A stretch of DNA of 64,000 bases from positions 1 through 64,000 of the forward strand of contig CAXXRD010000004.1 in NCBI GenBank assembly GCA_963663895.2, written 5' to 3'. The translations under genes were made by a program, and so were the position numbers. The notes under the pieces are model-generated. The model made no database searches, was not told the origin of the DNA, and saw only the letters and a program-made list of their open reading frames with translations. This stretch comes from Dehalococcoidia bacterium (GTDB taxonomy: Bacteria > Chloroflexota > Dehalococcoidia > Bin125). This document shows positions 1-10,286 of this stretch, in pieces; within the stretch, counting starts at the first letter, position 1; each line of letters opens with the position of its first letter.

Positions 1-503
1 AGCAGCGTTTCGAGCAGGGCGGCATCGTCGGTACTGGCAACGTCGGCGGCGAGCTGGGCGAGGGTAGGCGGCTCGCGCAGGAAGTAGCGCAGTAGAAGCG
101 CGCCCGCGCGCTCCCAGAAACGGATCCAAGCGGGGTAAGCCTTGGCGGCGGCGGCGGAGAGGGGAGCGATCTCCTCAGCGGTGCGCTGGGCGCTGTGCCA
201 CATGCGGAAATGCGCGCCGTCGGGGAACGGAAACAAGGCGGCAGGGTCGAGCGGGTAGATATGGAGGCCGTGATCGCGGAGAGCGAGGTCGTGAATGACT
301 TTGGGTTGCAGCATGTGGGCGATGTAGGCGCAGGTGCCGATGCGGTAGCCAGGGAAGGGCTCCTCCGTTACGGCGCCGCCGCCGACGATGGAACGGCGCT
401 CGAGAACGAGGACCTTCAGTCCGGCACGGGCCAGGTACCAGGCGGCGACGAGACCGTTGTGTCCGCCGCCGACGATCAGACAGTCGGCATCGTTGTCGGC
501 CAT
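1..503 (-). CDS. FAD/NAD(P)-dependent oxidoreductase, phytoene dehydrogenase-like family (runs off the window edge)
   Basis: Manual translation from ATG at 503: MADNDADCLIVGGGHNGLVAAWYLARAGLKVLVLERRSIVGGGAVTEE, with a GxGxxG FAD motif. The start overlaps the stop of the upstream gene (TGATG). Confidence 0.85.
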   Translation of the reverse strand, partial: MADNDADCLIVGGGHNGLVAAWYLARAGLKVLVLERRSIVGGGAVTEEPFPGYRIGTCAYIAHMLQPKVIHDLALRDHGLHIYPLDPAALFPFPDGAHFRMWHSAQRTAEEIAPLSAAAAKAYPAWIRFWERAGALLLRYFLREPPTLAQLAADVASTDDAALLETL

Positions 504-1696
504 CAGAAGAACGGTTCCTGCGGCTCAAGCCCGAGCAGCACGCGTCCGGCATCCTGCTGCAGCCGATCGGTGAGGGAGAGGTGCTGGGTGACGACGTGGA
601 CGTCCCGGAAGGCGCGCTCCAAGGGGTGGCCGCGCGCGATCGCGCTGGTGCCGGCGAGCGTATACGCGATATCGACAACCTCGGCAGAGCGCCGGCCGGC
701 GTGTACGGAGGCGAGGTGGATCAAGGCTGCCTCGCGCTGGGTCACGGCGGCGCCGCGAGCAGCAGCTTGCTGAGCAGTAGCGACGGCCTCGAAGAAGAAG
801 GCGCGTGCGGCGCGGAGCCGGCCCTCCGCCTCGGCCAGCTGCATCTGCACACGGGGATCGGCGCGCAGAGGCGTAGGAGCGAGGAAAGAAGTCTTGCGAG
901 CGATGATCGGCAGGACGGTGTCGATCGCTCCGCGAGCGATGCCGAGGGCCACGGCCGCATTGGACGGCGCCAGGACGCAGCCCAAGGGCATGCGGTAGGC
1001 CCGTGACGGGGCCGAGGGCGGCGCGCCGAGCAGGTCGAAGCTGTGCTCGGCGGGAACGAATACGTCCTCGGCGGCGAAGTCGTTGCTGCCGGTGCCGCAA
1101 AGGCCCAGCACGTCCCAGACGCCGATCACCTCGCAGCGGGCGCGCGGGAGAAGCATCATCATGACAAGAGGCTGGTCTTGCGCGTCCTTCCGCTGCTCCT
1201 CGCCGTCCCAGATAGTGCAATCGGAGACGATCCAAGCGCTGTGGCCGACGCCGCTGGCGAAGCGCCAGCGGCCGCTGACTTGGTAGCCGCCGGGACACGC
1301 CCGGGCGCGCCCGCCACTGGTGATGGAGGAGGCGATGACGACGTGCGGGTCGGCGCCAAACAGCTCGCGGGCCGCGGGCACGGCCAGCCAGCTGCCGGCC
1401 ATGCCGTTGCCGACGGCGCCAACCATGAGGCACCAACCGGCCGATCCATCTGCGACGGAGATAATCTCGACCGTCTCCATGAACTCGGGGGCGAGGGCAT
1501 CGATACCGCCCAGCGACCGGGAAACGATGAGGTTGAAGAGTCCAGCGCCGGCGATGGCGTCGACAACCGGACGGGCAAGCTGCCGCTGACGCTCGGACTG
1601 GTCAGCATGCTCGCGCGCTACCGACTGGATCCGCCGGGCGGCCGCGAGAGAGGACTCGGTATGGTCGGCATCCGGCGTGGGGGTTGAGTCCGGCAT
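503..1696 (-). CDS. Acyl-CoA dehydrogenase-fold flavin-dependent monooxygenase (HsaA/HpaH-like oxygenase component)
   Basis: Motifs DGSAGW, SGRWRFASG, WDVLGLCGTGSND and LERAFRDVHVVTQH are typical of group D flavin monooxygenases. Confidence 0.85.
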   Translation of the reverse strand: MPDSTPTPDADHTESSLAAARRIQSVAREHADQSERQRQLARPVVDAIAGAGLFNLIVSRSLGGIDALAPEFMETVEIISVADGSAGWCLMVGAVGNGMAGSWLAVPAARELFGADPHVVIASSITSGGRARACPGGYQVSGRWRFASGVGHSAWIVSDCTIWDGEEQRKDAQDQPLVMMMLLPRARCEVIGVWDVLGLCGTGSNDFAAEDVFVPAEHSFDLLGAPPSAPSRAYRMPLGCVLAPSNAAVALGIARGAIDTVLPIIARKTSFLAPTPLRADPRVQMQLAEAEGRLRAARAFFFEAVATAQQAAARGAAVTQREAALIHLASVHAGRRSAEVVDIAYTLAGTSAIARGHPLERAFRDVHVVTQHLSLTDRLQQDAGRVLLGLEPQEPFF

Positions 1697-1725
1697 CGAT
1701 CGCGTCCCGTGGCAGACTTGGGACA

Positions 1726-1741
1726 GGGAGGATACCAGGAG
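1726..1741 (+). repeat. 16-bp direct repeat, left copy (GGGAGGATACCAGGAG)
   Basis: Identical to 4899-4914. Similarity continues as CGACG vs GCGACG. Confidence 0.75.
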
Positions 1742-1826
1742 CGACGGTTTTCGCGGTCTTGCTATCCGCCGGCAGCGGGCCTACCGCGTCTGGCTACCCC
1801 TGGCTGCTAGATTTGGTAGCCCTTGA

Positions 1827-3686
<1,860 letters not shown>

Positions 3687-4017
3687 CCTCGGAAGAGCAT
3701 GTGTCGCTGACGATGGCCTGCACGGGGGGTACTCACTAGCTTCCCAAAGCCGTGCTCGGACGGGAAGGCGATAACCGCAGGGAGTCGATTGCTCACCCCT
3801 GTCAGCCTTCCCGTGGAGCCGTCCCCAGCGCCGCAGGGAGGCACGGCTGGCCCTGATTCGATGCGAATCAGGGCTTCGATGCCGTGCGTCCATGACGGGC
3901 GCGCGAAGTCAGCCCGACCAGTGCCAGAGCACACGACCATGCTAGAGCGCTGGCGCGTCGACGACCTCGCCTGCGCGCTAGTCGAGACCCAAGACTCGGT
4001 CTTCAGCTACGAACGTC

Positions 4018-4677
4018 CTAGAGGTAGTCGGCTAGGAAGCCCCGCACCCCCTTGATGAGATCGGCCACGTCGCCTTCCTTGACACGATCGAAGTGCCCGT
4101 GGTCGGCGTTGTCCCGCACCTCCGTCCAGACAGCCACCTGCTTTTGGCGAAGGCGGTCGTAGACATCCTTGTCACCGAGCTTATTGTTGAGCGCAGAGAG
4201 ATTGTCCCTCTCATTTACGGCTATGTCGTTCCTAGCGGCGAGCGACCGTAAGCCATTTTCCAGAACGGCCCCAGCGAGAGACGCGGCTGGCATCAAGTAG
4301 CCGTTATCGAGCAGATATTTAGCCTGATCGATGAAGTCGGAAAAGACTTCGGCAGCGGCCATCTGCTGGATTGTGTCCAAGTAGCCCTGCTCCACGTCGT
4401 CGAGGGCGGCGCGAAGGATACCCACTCCCTTCTCGACACTAGACTGGTATCCAGCGCTTTCCGTTTGCGATGCAAAGCTCTCCCTATAAGTATGAGTGGA
4501 ACCAAACACCTGCGTTAGGCACACAAGCGCTTGGCTTCTCCATTCCGCATATGCTTGGTCGTCCAGCGTGGAAAAGCCAATGAAACCCGGCGGATTGGGC
4601 TTGTGGGTCAGCAGTACCTCCGCTCCCTTCTTGATTAGGGCCTCGATTCGCTTGTTAACCTGCGTGGCCAGTTTCAC
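4018..4677 (-). CDS. HEPN-domain protein (DUF4145-like), putative RNase
   Basis: AASLAGAVLENGLR helix and C-terminal Rx4H motif (VRDNADHG). AGGAGAGG RBS precedes the GTG start. GC is lower than the surroundings. Confidence 0.7.
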   Translation of the reverse strand: MKLATQVNKRIEALIKKGAEVLLTHKPNPPGFIGFSTLDDQAYAEWRSQALVCLTQVFGSTHTYRESFASQTESAGYQSSVEKGVGILRAALDDVEQGYLDTIQQMAAAEVFSDFIDQAKYLLDNGYLMPAASLAGAVLENGLRSLAARNDIAVNERDNLSALNNKLGDKDVYDRLRQKQVAVWTEVRDNADHGHFDRVKEGDVADLIKGVRGFLADYL

Positions 4678-4824
4678 GCCAGCCTCTCCTAAATCTCATT
4701 CAGTACCGGCCTCGCTAGTGCCGCGTTGCGCTACTCAGCGAGAACAGGTCTGATCCTCTGCTTCATCGTAGGGGTCTCTGCCCCCTGTGTTAGGACGTAC
4801 TCGCGCCTTTGCAAAGGGGCGAGT

Positions 4825-4847
4825 TTACTGGACCGTCAGTGGACCGC
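4825..4847 (+). repeat. 23-bp repeat copy 1 (TTACTGGACCGTCAGTGGACCGC)
   Basis: Identical to 18698-18720. Internally it is a tandem TGGACCG repeat. Confidence 0.85.
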
Positions 4848-4898
4848 CGTCACCCGATTTGGCCTTCCTCCAGATAGGGGAGGCCCTCCGCGAGCTGG

Positions 4899-4914
4899 GG
4901 GAGGATACCAGGAG
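4899..4914 (+). repeat. 16-bp direct repeat, right copy
   Basis: Identical to 1726-1741. Confidence 0.75.
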
Positions 4915-5007
4915 GCGACGACCGATCCGAAGCGAACGCGGTTTCCTCTAGGCTCCCCGGTACGTAACGCGATCGGACCGCCGACAAGACCGATAATGGA
5001 GAGCGCC

Positions 5008-5919
5008 ATGCACGTAGGATTCATCGGCACGGGCAGCATCGGGGAGCCGATGGCTCGGCAGTTGCTCGCGGCCGGGCATGAGCTCGTGGTGCATGACGCG
5101 CGGCCGGAGGCGGCGGCGGCCCTGCGCGAGCTGGGCGCGGCCTGGGGCGCCGACGCGCGCGAGGTGGCAGCGGCGTGCCGAGTCGTGCTGACCTCGCTGC
5201 CGGGCCCGCCCGAGGTCGAGGCGGTGGTAACGGGCGCGAACGGACTCCTGGCCGCGACGCAGCCGGGCGACATCCACATCGACCTCAGCAGTAACTCCGT
5301 GGCGATGGTGCAGCGGCTCCATCAAGAGGAGGCGGCGCGCGGGGTGATCTACATCGACTGCCCCGTAACAGGGGGCGTGCGCCGGGCGCGGCGGGGAGCG
5401 CTGACGCTGCTGGCGAGCGGCGACCAAGAGGCGTTCGAGCGAGTGGAGCCGTTGCTGCAGGTTCTGGGCGAGCACGTGTTCTACGTGGGCGAGGCGGGCA
5501 GCGGCTGCCTGACCAAGCTGATCAACAACGCGATCGTGCTGTGCGCGGGGCAACTGGTGCAGGAGGGGTTGGTATTGGGAAGCAAGCTGGGCCTGGAACC
5601 GGGACGCCTGTACGAAATGCTGAAGGTGGGCTCGTCAGCGCCGCATATCGGGCTGATGCCGTACATGATCGGCCGCCGCTTCGCGGATCCGACCTTCACG
5701 CTCGCGCTGGCGAGCAAGGACGTGGGCTTGGCGCTCGAGGCAGCGCGCGACGCGGGCGTGCCGATGCCGGTGACCGCAGCGGCGCAGCAGACCTACCTGG
5801 CCGCCATGGGGCGGGGGTTGGGCGAGCAGTCGTTCCTGGCGACGCAGATCCCGCTCGAGCAGGGAGCCGGCGTAGAGGTGCCGCTGGTGGAGACGAATGA
5901 GGGGAGCCAACGGCTCTAG
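5008..5919 (+). CDS. NAD(P)-dependent beta-hydroxyacid dehydrogenase (3-hydroxyisobutyrate/tartronate semialdehyde reductase family)
   Basis: VGFIGTGSIG Rossmann motif, DCPVTGG, catalytic KLINN and KDVGLA. Start placed at ATG 5008 behind a GGAG RBS. Confidence 0.9.
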   Translation: MHVGFIGTGSIGEPMARQLLAAGHELVVHDARPEAAAALRELGAAWGADAREVAAACRVVLTSLPGPPEVEAVVTGANGLLAATQPGDIHIDLSSNSVAMVQRLHQEEAARGVIYIDCPVTGGVRRARRGALTLLASGDQEAFERVEPLLQVLGEHVFYVGEAGSGCLTKLINNAIVLCAGQLVQEGLVLGSKLGLEPGRLYEMLKVGSSAPHIGLMPYMIGRRFADPTFTLALASKDVGLALEAARDAGVPMPVTAAAQQTYLAAMGRGLGEQSFLATQIPLEQGAGVEVPLVETNEGSQRL

Positions 5920-5945
5920 GAGCAGGGCAAGGAAAGCGGTGCGCC

Positions 5946-7358
5946 GTGCAAGCAACGTCAGATGAGCGCTCCTTGGCGCAAGCGACGATCGAGGAGATCG
6001 GGGAACGGATCCGGCAGCGGGATCTGTCGCCGGTAGAGGTCACGCAGCTGACGCTCGATCGGATCGGGCGCCTCAACTCGACGATCAACGCCTACTACAC
6101 GGTCTTCGGCGAGCAGGCGCTGGCGCTGGCGCGCGCCGCGGAGGCCGAGATTGCGGCGGGAGTGTACCGGGGGCCGTTGCACGGGATTCCGATCGCGATC
6201 AAGGACATCTACGAGGGCGGGCGGACGACGTGCGGGAGCAAGCCACTGTCGGGGTATGTCGCGGAGCGGGAGTGCGCGGCGGTGCGGCGGCTGCGGGCAG
6301 CCGGAGCAATCGTAGTGGGGAAGACGGCGACCTACGAGTTCGCGTTCGGAGTACAGACGCGCGCGTCGCACTTCGCACCGACGCTGAACGCGTGGGACGT
6401 GCGCCGGGAGTGCGGCGGGTCGAGCAGCGGCACGGCCGGGGCGATCGCGGCGGGGCTGGCCTATGCGGGCATGGGGACATGTAGTGGCGGTTCGATCCGC
6501 TGGCCGGCGCAGTGCTGCTTCCACGTGGGCTTGAAGCCGACCTACGGACGGGTCAGCCGAGCGGGCATCTATCCGCTGGCGTGGAGCTTGGACCACCCGG
6601 GGCCGCTGGCGCGCACGGTGACCGACACCGTCTACATGTTGCAAGGGTGCGCCGGCTACGATCCCGACGATCCCGCTTCCGCGGATGTGCCCGTGCCGAA
6701 TTTCGCCTCGAAGCTGGGCCGTGCGATCAAGGGAATGCGGATCGGGGTGCTGCGCGACCTGTTCGAGGAGGGCTGTGATCCCAAGGTGCGCGCGACCTTC
6801 GAGGCGGCCTTGCCGGTCTTCGAGCGGCTGGGGGCGCGCATCGTGACGGTGCCGACGATCTCACACGCGCAGCTGACGGCGATCGCGCTGCCGCTGCTCT
6901 GGAGCGAGGCCGGCGCGATCCACCGGAGCAACCTGCGGCAGAGCGGGGGCGACTACAACCCGCATACGCGGCAGTCGCTGCTGTGGGGGCTGTTGGTGAG
7001 CGCCGGTTACAGCAACCTGGCCAACCGCGCCCGCGCGCAGGTGACGGCGGCGCTGCAACAGGCCCTGCATGCGCAGGCCGACGTTTTCGTCTTGCCGACG
7101 ACGTGCTTCCAAAGCCCGCCGCTGGTGCTCGACGATACGCCGGGGTTTGGGGCTCGGCTCGGCCGGGGAGCCTTGCACACCGCGATCTTCAACATCACGG
7201 GGGCGCCGGCGATCCAAGTGCCGTGCGGGTGGGATGCGGACGGATTACCGGTCGGGATGCAGATCAGCGCCGCCGCTTTCGACGAAGAAACGATGGTGCA
7301 GGTGGCGTACGCGTACGAACAGGAAGCGGGCTGGTTCCGCCAGCGACCCGATATCTAG
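5946..7358 (+). CDS. Amidase-signature family enzyme
   Basis: GPLHGIPIAIKD (Lys), GGSSSG, GGSIR (nucleophile Ser), GLKPTYGRVS and GLPVGMQI. Confidence 0.92.
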   Translation: MQATSDERSLAQATIEEIGERIRQRDLSPVEVTQLTLDRIGRLNSTINAYYTVFGEQALALARAAEAEIAAGVYRGPLHGIPIAIKDIYEGGRTTCGSKPLSGYVAERECAAVRRLRAAGAIVVGKTATYEFAFGVQTRASHFAPTLNAWDVRRECGGSSSGTAGAIAAGLAYAGMGTCSGGSIRWPAQCCFHVGLKPTYGRVSRAGIYPLAWSLDHPGPLARTVTDTVYMLQGCAGYDPDDPASADVPVPNFASKLGRAIKGMRIGVLRDLFEEGCDPKVRATFEAALPVFERLGARIVTVPTISHAQLTAIALPLLWSEAGAIHRSNLRQSGGDYNPHTRQSLLWGLLVSAGYSNLANRARAQVTAALQQALHAQADVFVLPTTCFQSPPLVLDDTPGFGARLGRGALHTAIFNITGAPAIQVPCGWDADGLPVGMQISAAAFDEETMVQVAYAYEQEAGWFRQRPDI

Positions 7359-7379
7359 CAAGCGGCGCCGAGGGAGCGC

Positions 7380-7952
7380 TTACTCGTCGTGGACGAAGCG
7401 GGGCGCGGTGCGGTCACGGGGGTCGGGATCGAGGCCGAGATAGCGGCGGCGGAGGTCGTCCCACAGGGTGAGACGGGTCCAGTCGGAGCTCACCGGGTGT
7501 TGGTCGTCCTCATCAAGAAGGGGGTTGGGAAGGAAGACCGTGAGCTGCTGCTCGCCCTGACCGTTAAAGAGCCGCAGGCCCCAGGAAACCGGGCGGGCAG
7601 CGGGATCGAGACGGCGGTAGAACTCGGCGCGGGCGGTGCGACGGTGGTGGGCGAGCTGGGGATCGACGGGCCGGTCGAGCCCGTGATGGGCGTCGATGCA
7701 GAGATGCAGGTGCCAGGCGTCGAAGGCCACGGTGAGATAGCCGTCGAGCATGGCGACGGTGACCGGCGCGGCCGGGGCGCGAATCTCCAGTACGGAACCC
7801 TGAATGAGAATGCCGAAGCGGATCGCGGCCCAGTGATCGCGGAAGAGCTCCGTGCACAGCGGGACCAGCGTCGTGGCGGAGGTGTCGAGGGGAAAGAGCT
7901 CGAGAGTGCCGTTGCCAGGCTCGGTCACAACGCGGCTGCTGTCGGCGCCCAT
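7380..7952 (-). CDS. Uncharacterised His-rich protein, last gene of the NHase operon (possible HemS/ChuX-like fold)
   Basis: The ATG at 7952 overlaps the upstream stop (TGATG). Motifs WHLHLCI and SWGLRLFNGQGEQQLTVFLPNP. The fold assignment is an inference. Confidence 0.7.
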   Translation of the reverse strand: MGADSSRVVTEPGNGTLELFPLDTSATTLVPLCTELFRDHWAAIRFGILIQGSVLEIRAPAAPVTVAMLDGYLTVAFDAWHLHLCIDAHHGLDRPVDPQLAHHRRTARAEFYRRLDPAARPVSWGLRLFNGQGEQQLTVFLPNPLLDEDDQHPVSSDWTRLTLWDDLRRRYLGLDPDPRDRTAPRFVHDE

Positions 7953-8806
7953 CAGAAGATCTCGTCGCGCTCGCCGAATTCGTACTCGTTGGTGCGCTCG
8001 CTGATCTCCGGATCGAGCGCCATCCCTTTCTCGGCCAGGATGTCCTCGAAAGCGGCCAACCAACAGGCGTAGTAATCGAAGGGATCCTGCCCGCGCTCCG
8101 CCTCGGCGATACGATCGATCAGGCGCTCGCGAAACTCGTCCCAGGTGTAGACGTGCCGCTCCTCCAAGGCGGCCGCCATGCCGAAGACGCGCCCGTGCCA
8201 GGGGGCGTCAAAGACGAGTTCGCCGTTCTTGCGCGGCAAGGCGGCGGCGTCCTGCCAGCGTGCGAGCGCGCGCTCGGGCGGCTCCGCGCCCGCGTTTCGA
8301 TCGTCCCCGGGGCGGGCGGCGGGCATGGGACAGGCGGCGCTCTGCACGGCCAGGCGGCGGCGCCAGTCGCGGCGATCGTCGAGGGGGAGGCCGTCGGGGC
8401 GGGCCTGCCACTGCGACGCAGTGAAGTGGAGATCCGCCAGCGGCGCGGGGGGCGGAAGGTAGGCGTCGGCGTCGAGCATGGCCTCGATGTAGTCGTACAG
8501 AGCGATGATGAGCGACTCGCTGTTGATCGACTGGAACCAAAGGGCGCGTCCGTCGAAGAGAAGCAGGGCGACGTTGGCGAGGGCGCAGGGGCCGAGGCAG
8601 CCGCCGATCGAGAGGTGGACGATGTTGCGAAAGCGGCGGCGCTCCCATTCGGCGTGGTAGAGCGCGGCCGGCACGGGGGCGAAGCCGTCGTCGGTGCGGC
8701 CGCAGCAGCAGCCGGACTCGCACACGAAGAGCATGCCGCGCATGCGGGCGACGTTGACGAGGACGCCGTCCGGGCGCGTGACCAGATTGCGGCGGCGCTG
8801 CAGCAT
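7952..8806 (-). CDS. Fusion of a Cys-rich thioredoxin-like [2Fe-2S]-ferredoxin-type domain with a nitrile hydratase accessory (P14K-like) domain
   Basis: N-terminal LFVCESGCCCG...GGCLGPCALAN. C-terminal LPRKNGELVFDAPWHGRVFGMA...WDEFRERLI...YYACWLAAFE. Confidence 0.8.
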   Translation of the reverse strand: MLQRRRNLVTRPDGVLVNVARMRGMLFVCESGCCCGRTDDGFAPVPAALYHAEWERRRFRNIVHLSIGGCLGPCALANVALLLFDGRALWFQSINSESLIIALYDYIEAMLDADAYLPPPAPLADLHFTASQWQARPDGLPLDDRRDWRRRLAVQSAACPMPAARPGDDRNAGAEPPERALARWQDAAALPRKNGELVFDAPWHGRVFGMAAALEERHVYTWDEFRERLIDRIAEAERGQDPFDYYACWLAAFEDILAEKGMALDPEISERTNEYEFGERDEIF

Positions 8807-8809
8807 CCG

Positions 8810-9409
8810 TCAGCCGACGGTAGCCGGCGCTTTCACCGGAGCGACGCCGACGAGGGCGTCGCGGGTGATGAGCGGAAGAAGCGCCTCCTCGGTGAGGTGC
8901 TCGGTCCCTGCCGGCCGCTGGGGCAGCACCATGTAACGCAACTCGGCGCTGGAGTCCCAGACACGGACCTCCCGTTGCTCGGGGATCTCCAATCCGAACT
9001 CGCGCAGGAGCGCGCGCGGCTCGATAACGGAGCGGGCACGGTAGGCGGGGGACTTGTACCAGCTGGGAGGGAGTCCCAACACGGGCCAGGGGTAGCAAGA
9101 GCACAGGGTGCAGACGACGAGGTTGTGCACGTCGTCCGTATTCTCGACCACGACCAACAGGTCGTACTTGAGGTCGAACTGCGCGAGCGCCGCCGCGGAG
9201 TCGTCCAAGAGGAGACGCTTGTAGTCCGGGTCGGTCCAGGCCTTGGCCACGGCGCGGGCGCCGACCATCGGCCCGGTGTCGTTTTCGTAACGGCTGACCA
9301 ATTGGTCGACCGCGCCGGGGGCAAGGACGCCCTTCTCCAAAAGGAGCGACTCCAACGCTCGCACGCGCGAGACGACGTACTCCTCAACGTTGGGATGGTT
9401 CTTGCCCAT
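8810..9409 (-). CDS. nthA: Nitrile hydratase alpha subunit, cobalt type
   Basis: Metal-binding motif VCTLCSCYPWPVLGLPP. Thr and Tyr at these positions mark the Co type. Confidence 0.96.
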   Translation of the reverse strand: MGKNHPNVEEYVVSRVRALESLLLEKGVLAPGAVDQLVSRYENDTGPMVGARAVAKAWTDPDYKRLLLDDSAAALAQFDLKYDLLVVVENTDDVHNLVVCTLCSCYPWPVLGLPPSWYKSPAYRARSVIEPRALLREFGLEIPEQREVRVWDSSAELRYMVLPQRPAGTEHLTEEALLPLITRDALVGVAPVKAPATVG

Positions 9410-9433
9410 CGCTGCCTCCCTGCGATCCGGCCA

Positions 9434-10129
9434 CTACCCAGCCGCCGCCGGCTCGATGTAGCTCTCCCAGAGGTCAACATAGACGGCGTCGCGGTGCGCT
9501 GCCGACTCACCCCAGAGCTCCTCCGCTTCGAAGCGGACGTTGTAGACGTGGTCGGGCTCTTCGCCGCGCCCATGGGCATTGGCGTCCGGGAAGACGAAGC
9601 AGCCCTGATGCCGGTGCACGCGGCCGCGCTTACCGCGCACGTAGCGGGCGAGGCGGGTGTGGCCGGCAGGCTGCCAATGTTTGGTGAGGACGGTGTCGCC
9701 GATCGCAAAGCGCGGCGGGGCGGAGGCTTCGCGGCGGAAGGGATGGCCGCGGCGGCGGTCCAGCGCCGGGTGGACAAACTCCGTCTCGCCGGGGGTGGCG
9801 GAGGGAGGAGTGGGGAATGCTTGCGGGTCGTCCTGGAAAGCGGCCGCGCGCCGCTCCAACTCGGCCGCGTCGATGACGCCCTTTTCAATGAGCAGGCGGT
9901 CGATGGCGGCGAGCCAGCGTTCGTAATAGGTCGCGTTGAGGTATTCGTCCGGAGACATGCGCTCGATGCTGTGGCGGAGTTCGTCGAGGTTGTAGAGGCG
10001 CTGGCCGAGGGCCGTGAGCTGGACCGCGAGGACGGTCCGCTCCCAGTCGGCATGAAAGAGCGGCTCGCGCGGGTCGTGCTCGACGCCGCCGAAGCCGTGC
10101 ATTCCGCCGAGGTCGTGGATTCCGTTCAC
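9434..10129 (-). CDS. nthB: Nitrile hydratase beta subunit
   Basis: The GTG start gives MNGIHDLGGMHGFG. DELRHSIERM and GHTRLARYVRGKRG retain both catalytic Arg residues. Ends in VYVDLWESYI. Confidence 0.95.
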   Translation of the reverse strand: MNGIHDLGGMHGFGGVEHDPREPLFHADWERTVLAVQLTALGQRLYNLDELRHSIERMSPDEYLNATYYERWLAAIDRLLIEKGVIDAAELERRAAAFQDDPQAFPTPPSATPGETEFVHPALDRRRGHPFRREASAPPRFAIGDTVLTKHWQPAGHTRLARYVRGKRGRVHRHQGCFVFPDANAHGRGEEPDHVYNVRFEAEELWGESAAHRDAVYVDLWESYIEPAAAG

Positions 10130-10286
10130 AGCAGCGCTTTCGGCGGCGGGCTGGGGAACCCGCGTGCTCGGGAAACATGGGAAGTATAGCGGCGGGGCGA
10201 GGAGCGCCGTTGACCGCGATGCGATACTGGGAAACCGCGCGGTGGAAGGGCGCGGCCGAGTGACGAGAGCACTGGAGGGCCGAGCG

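Noticed and set aside
8810-9409. Possible nitrile hydratase-like leader peptide (NHLP) RiPP precursor
   Set aside because: The CxxCSC metal site is intact, a beta subunit is present, and there are no RiPP enzymes nearby.
8153-10189. 678-aa plus-strand ORF over the NHase operon
   Set aside because: Antisense shadow of high-GC3 genes, with no recognisable motifs.
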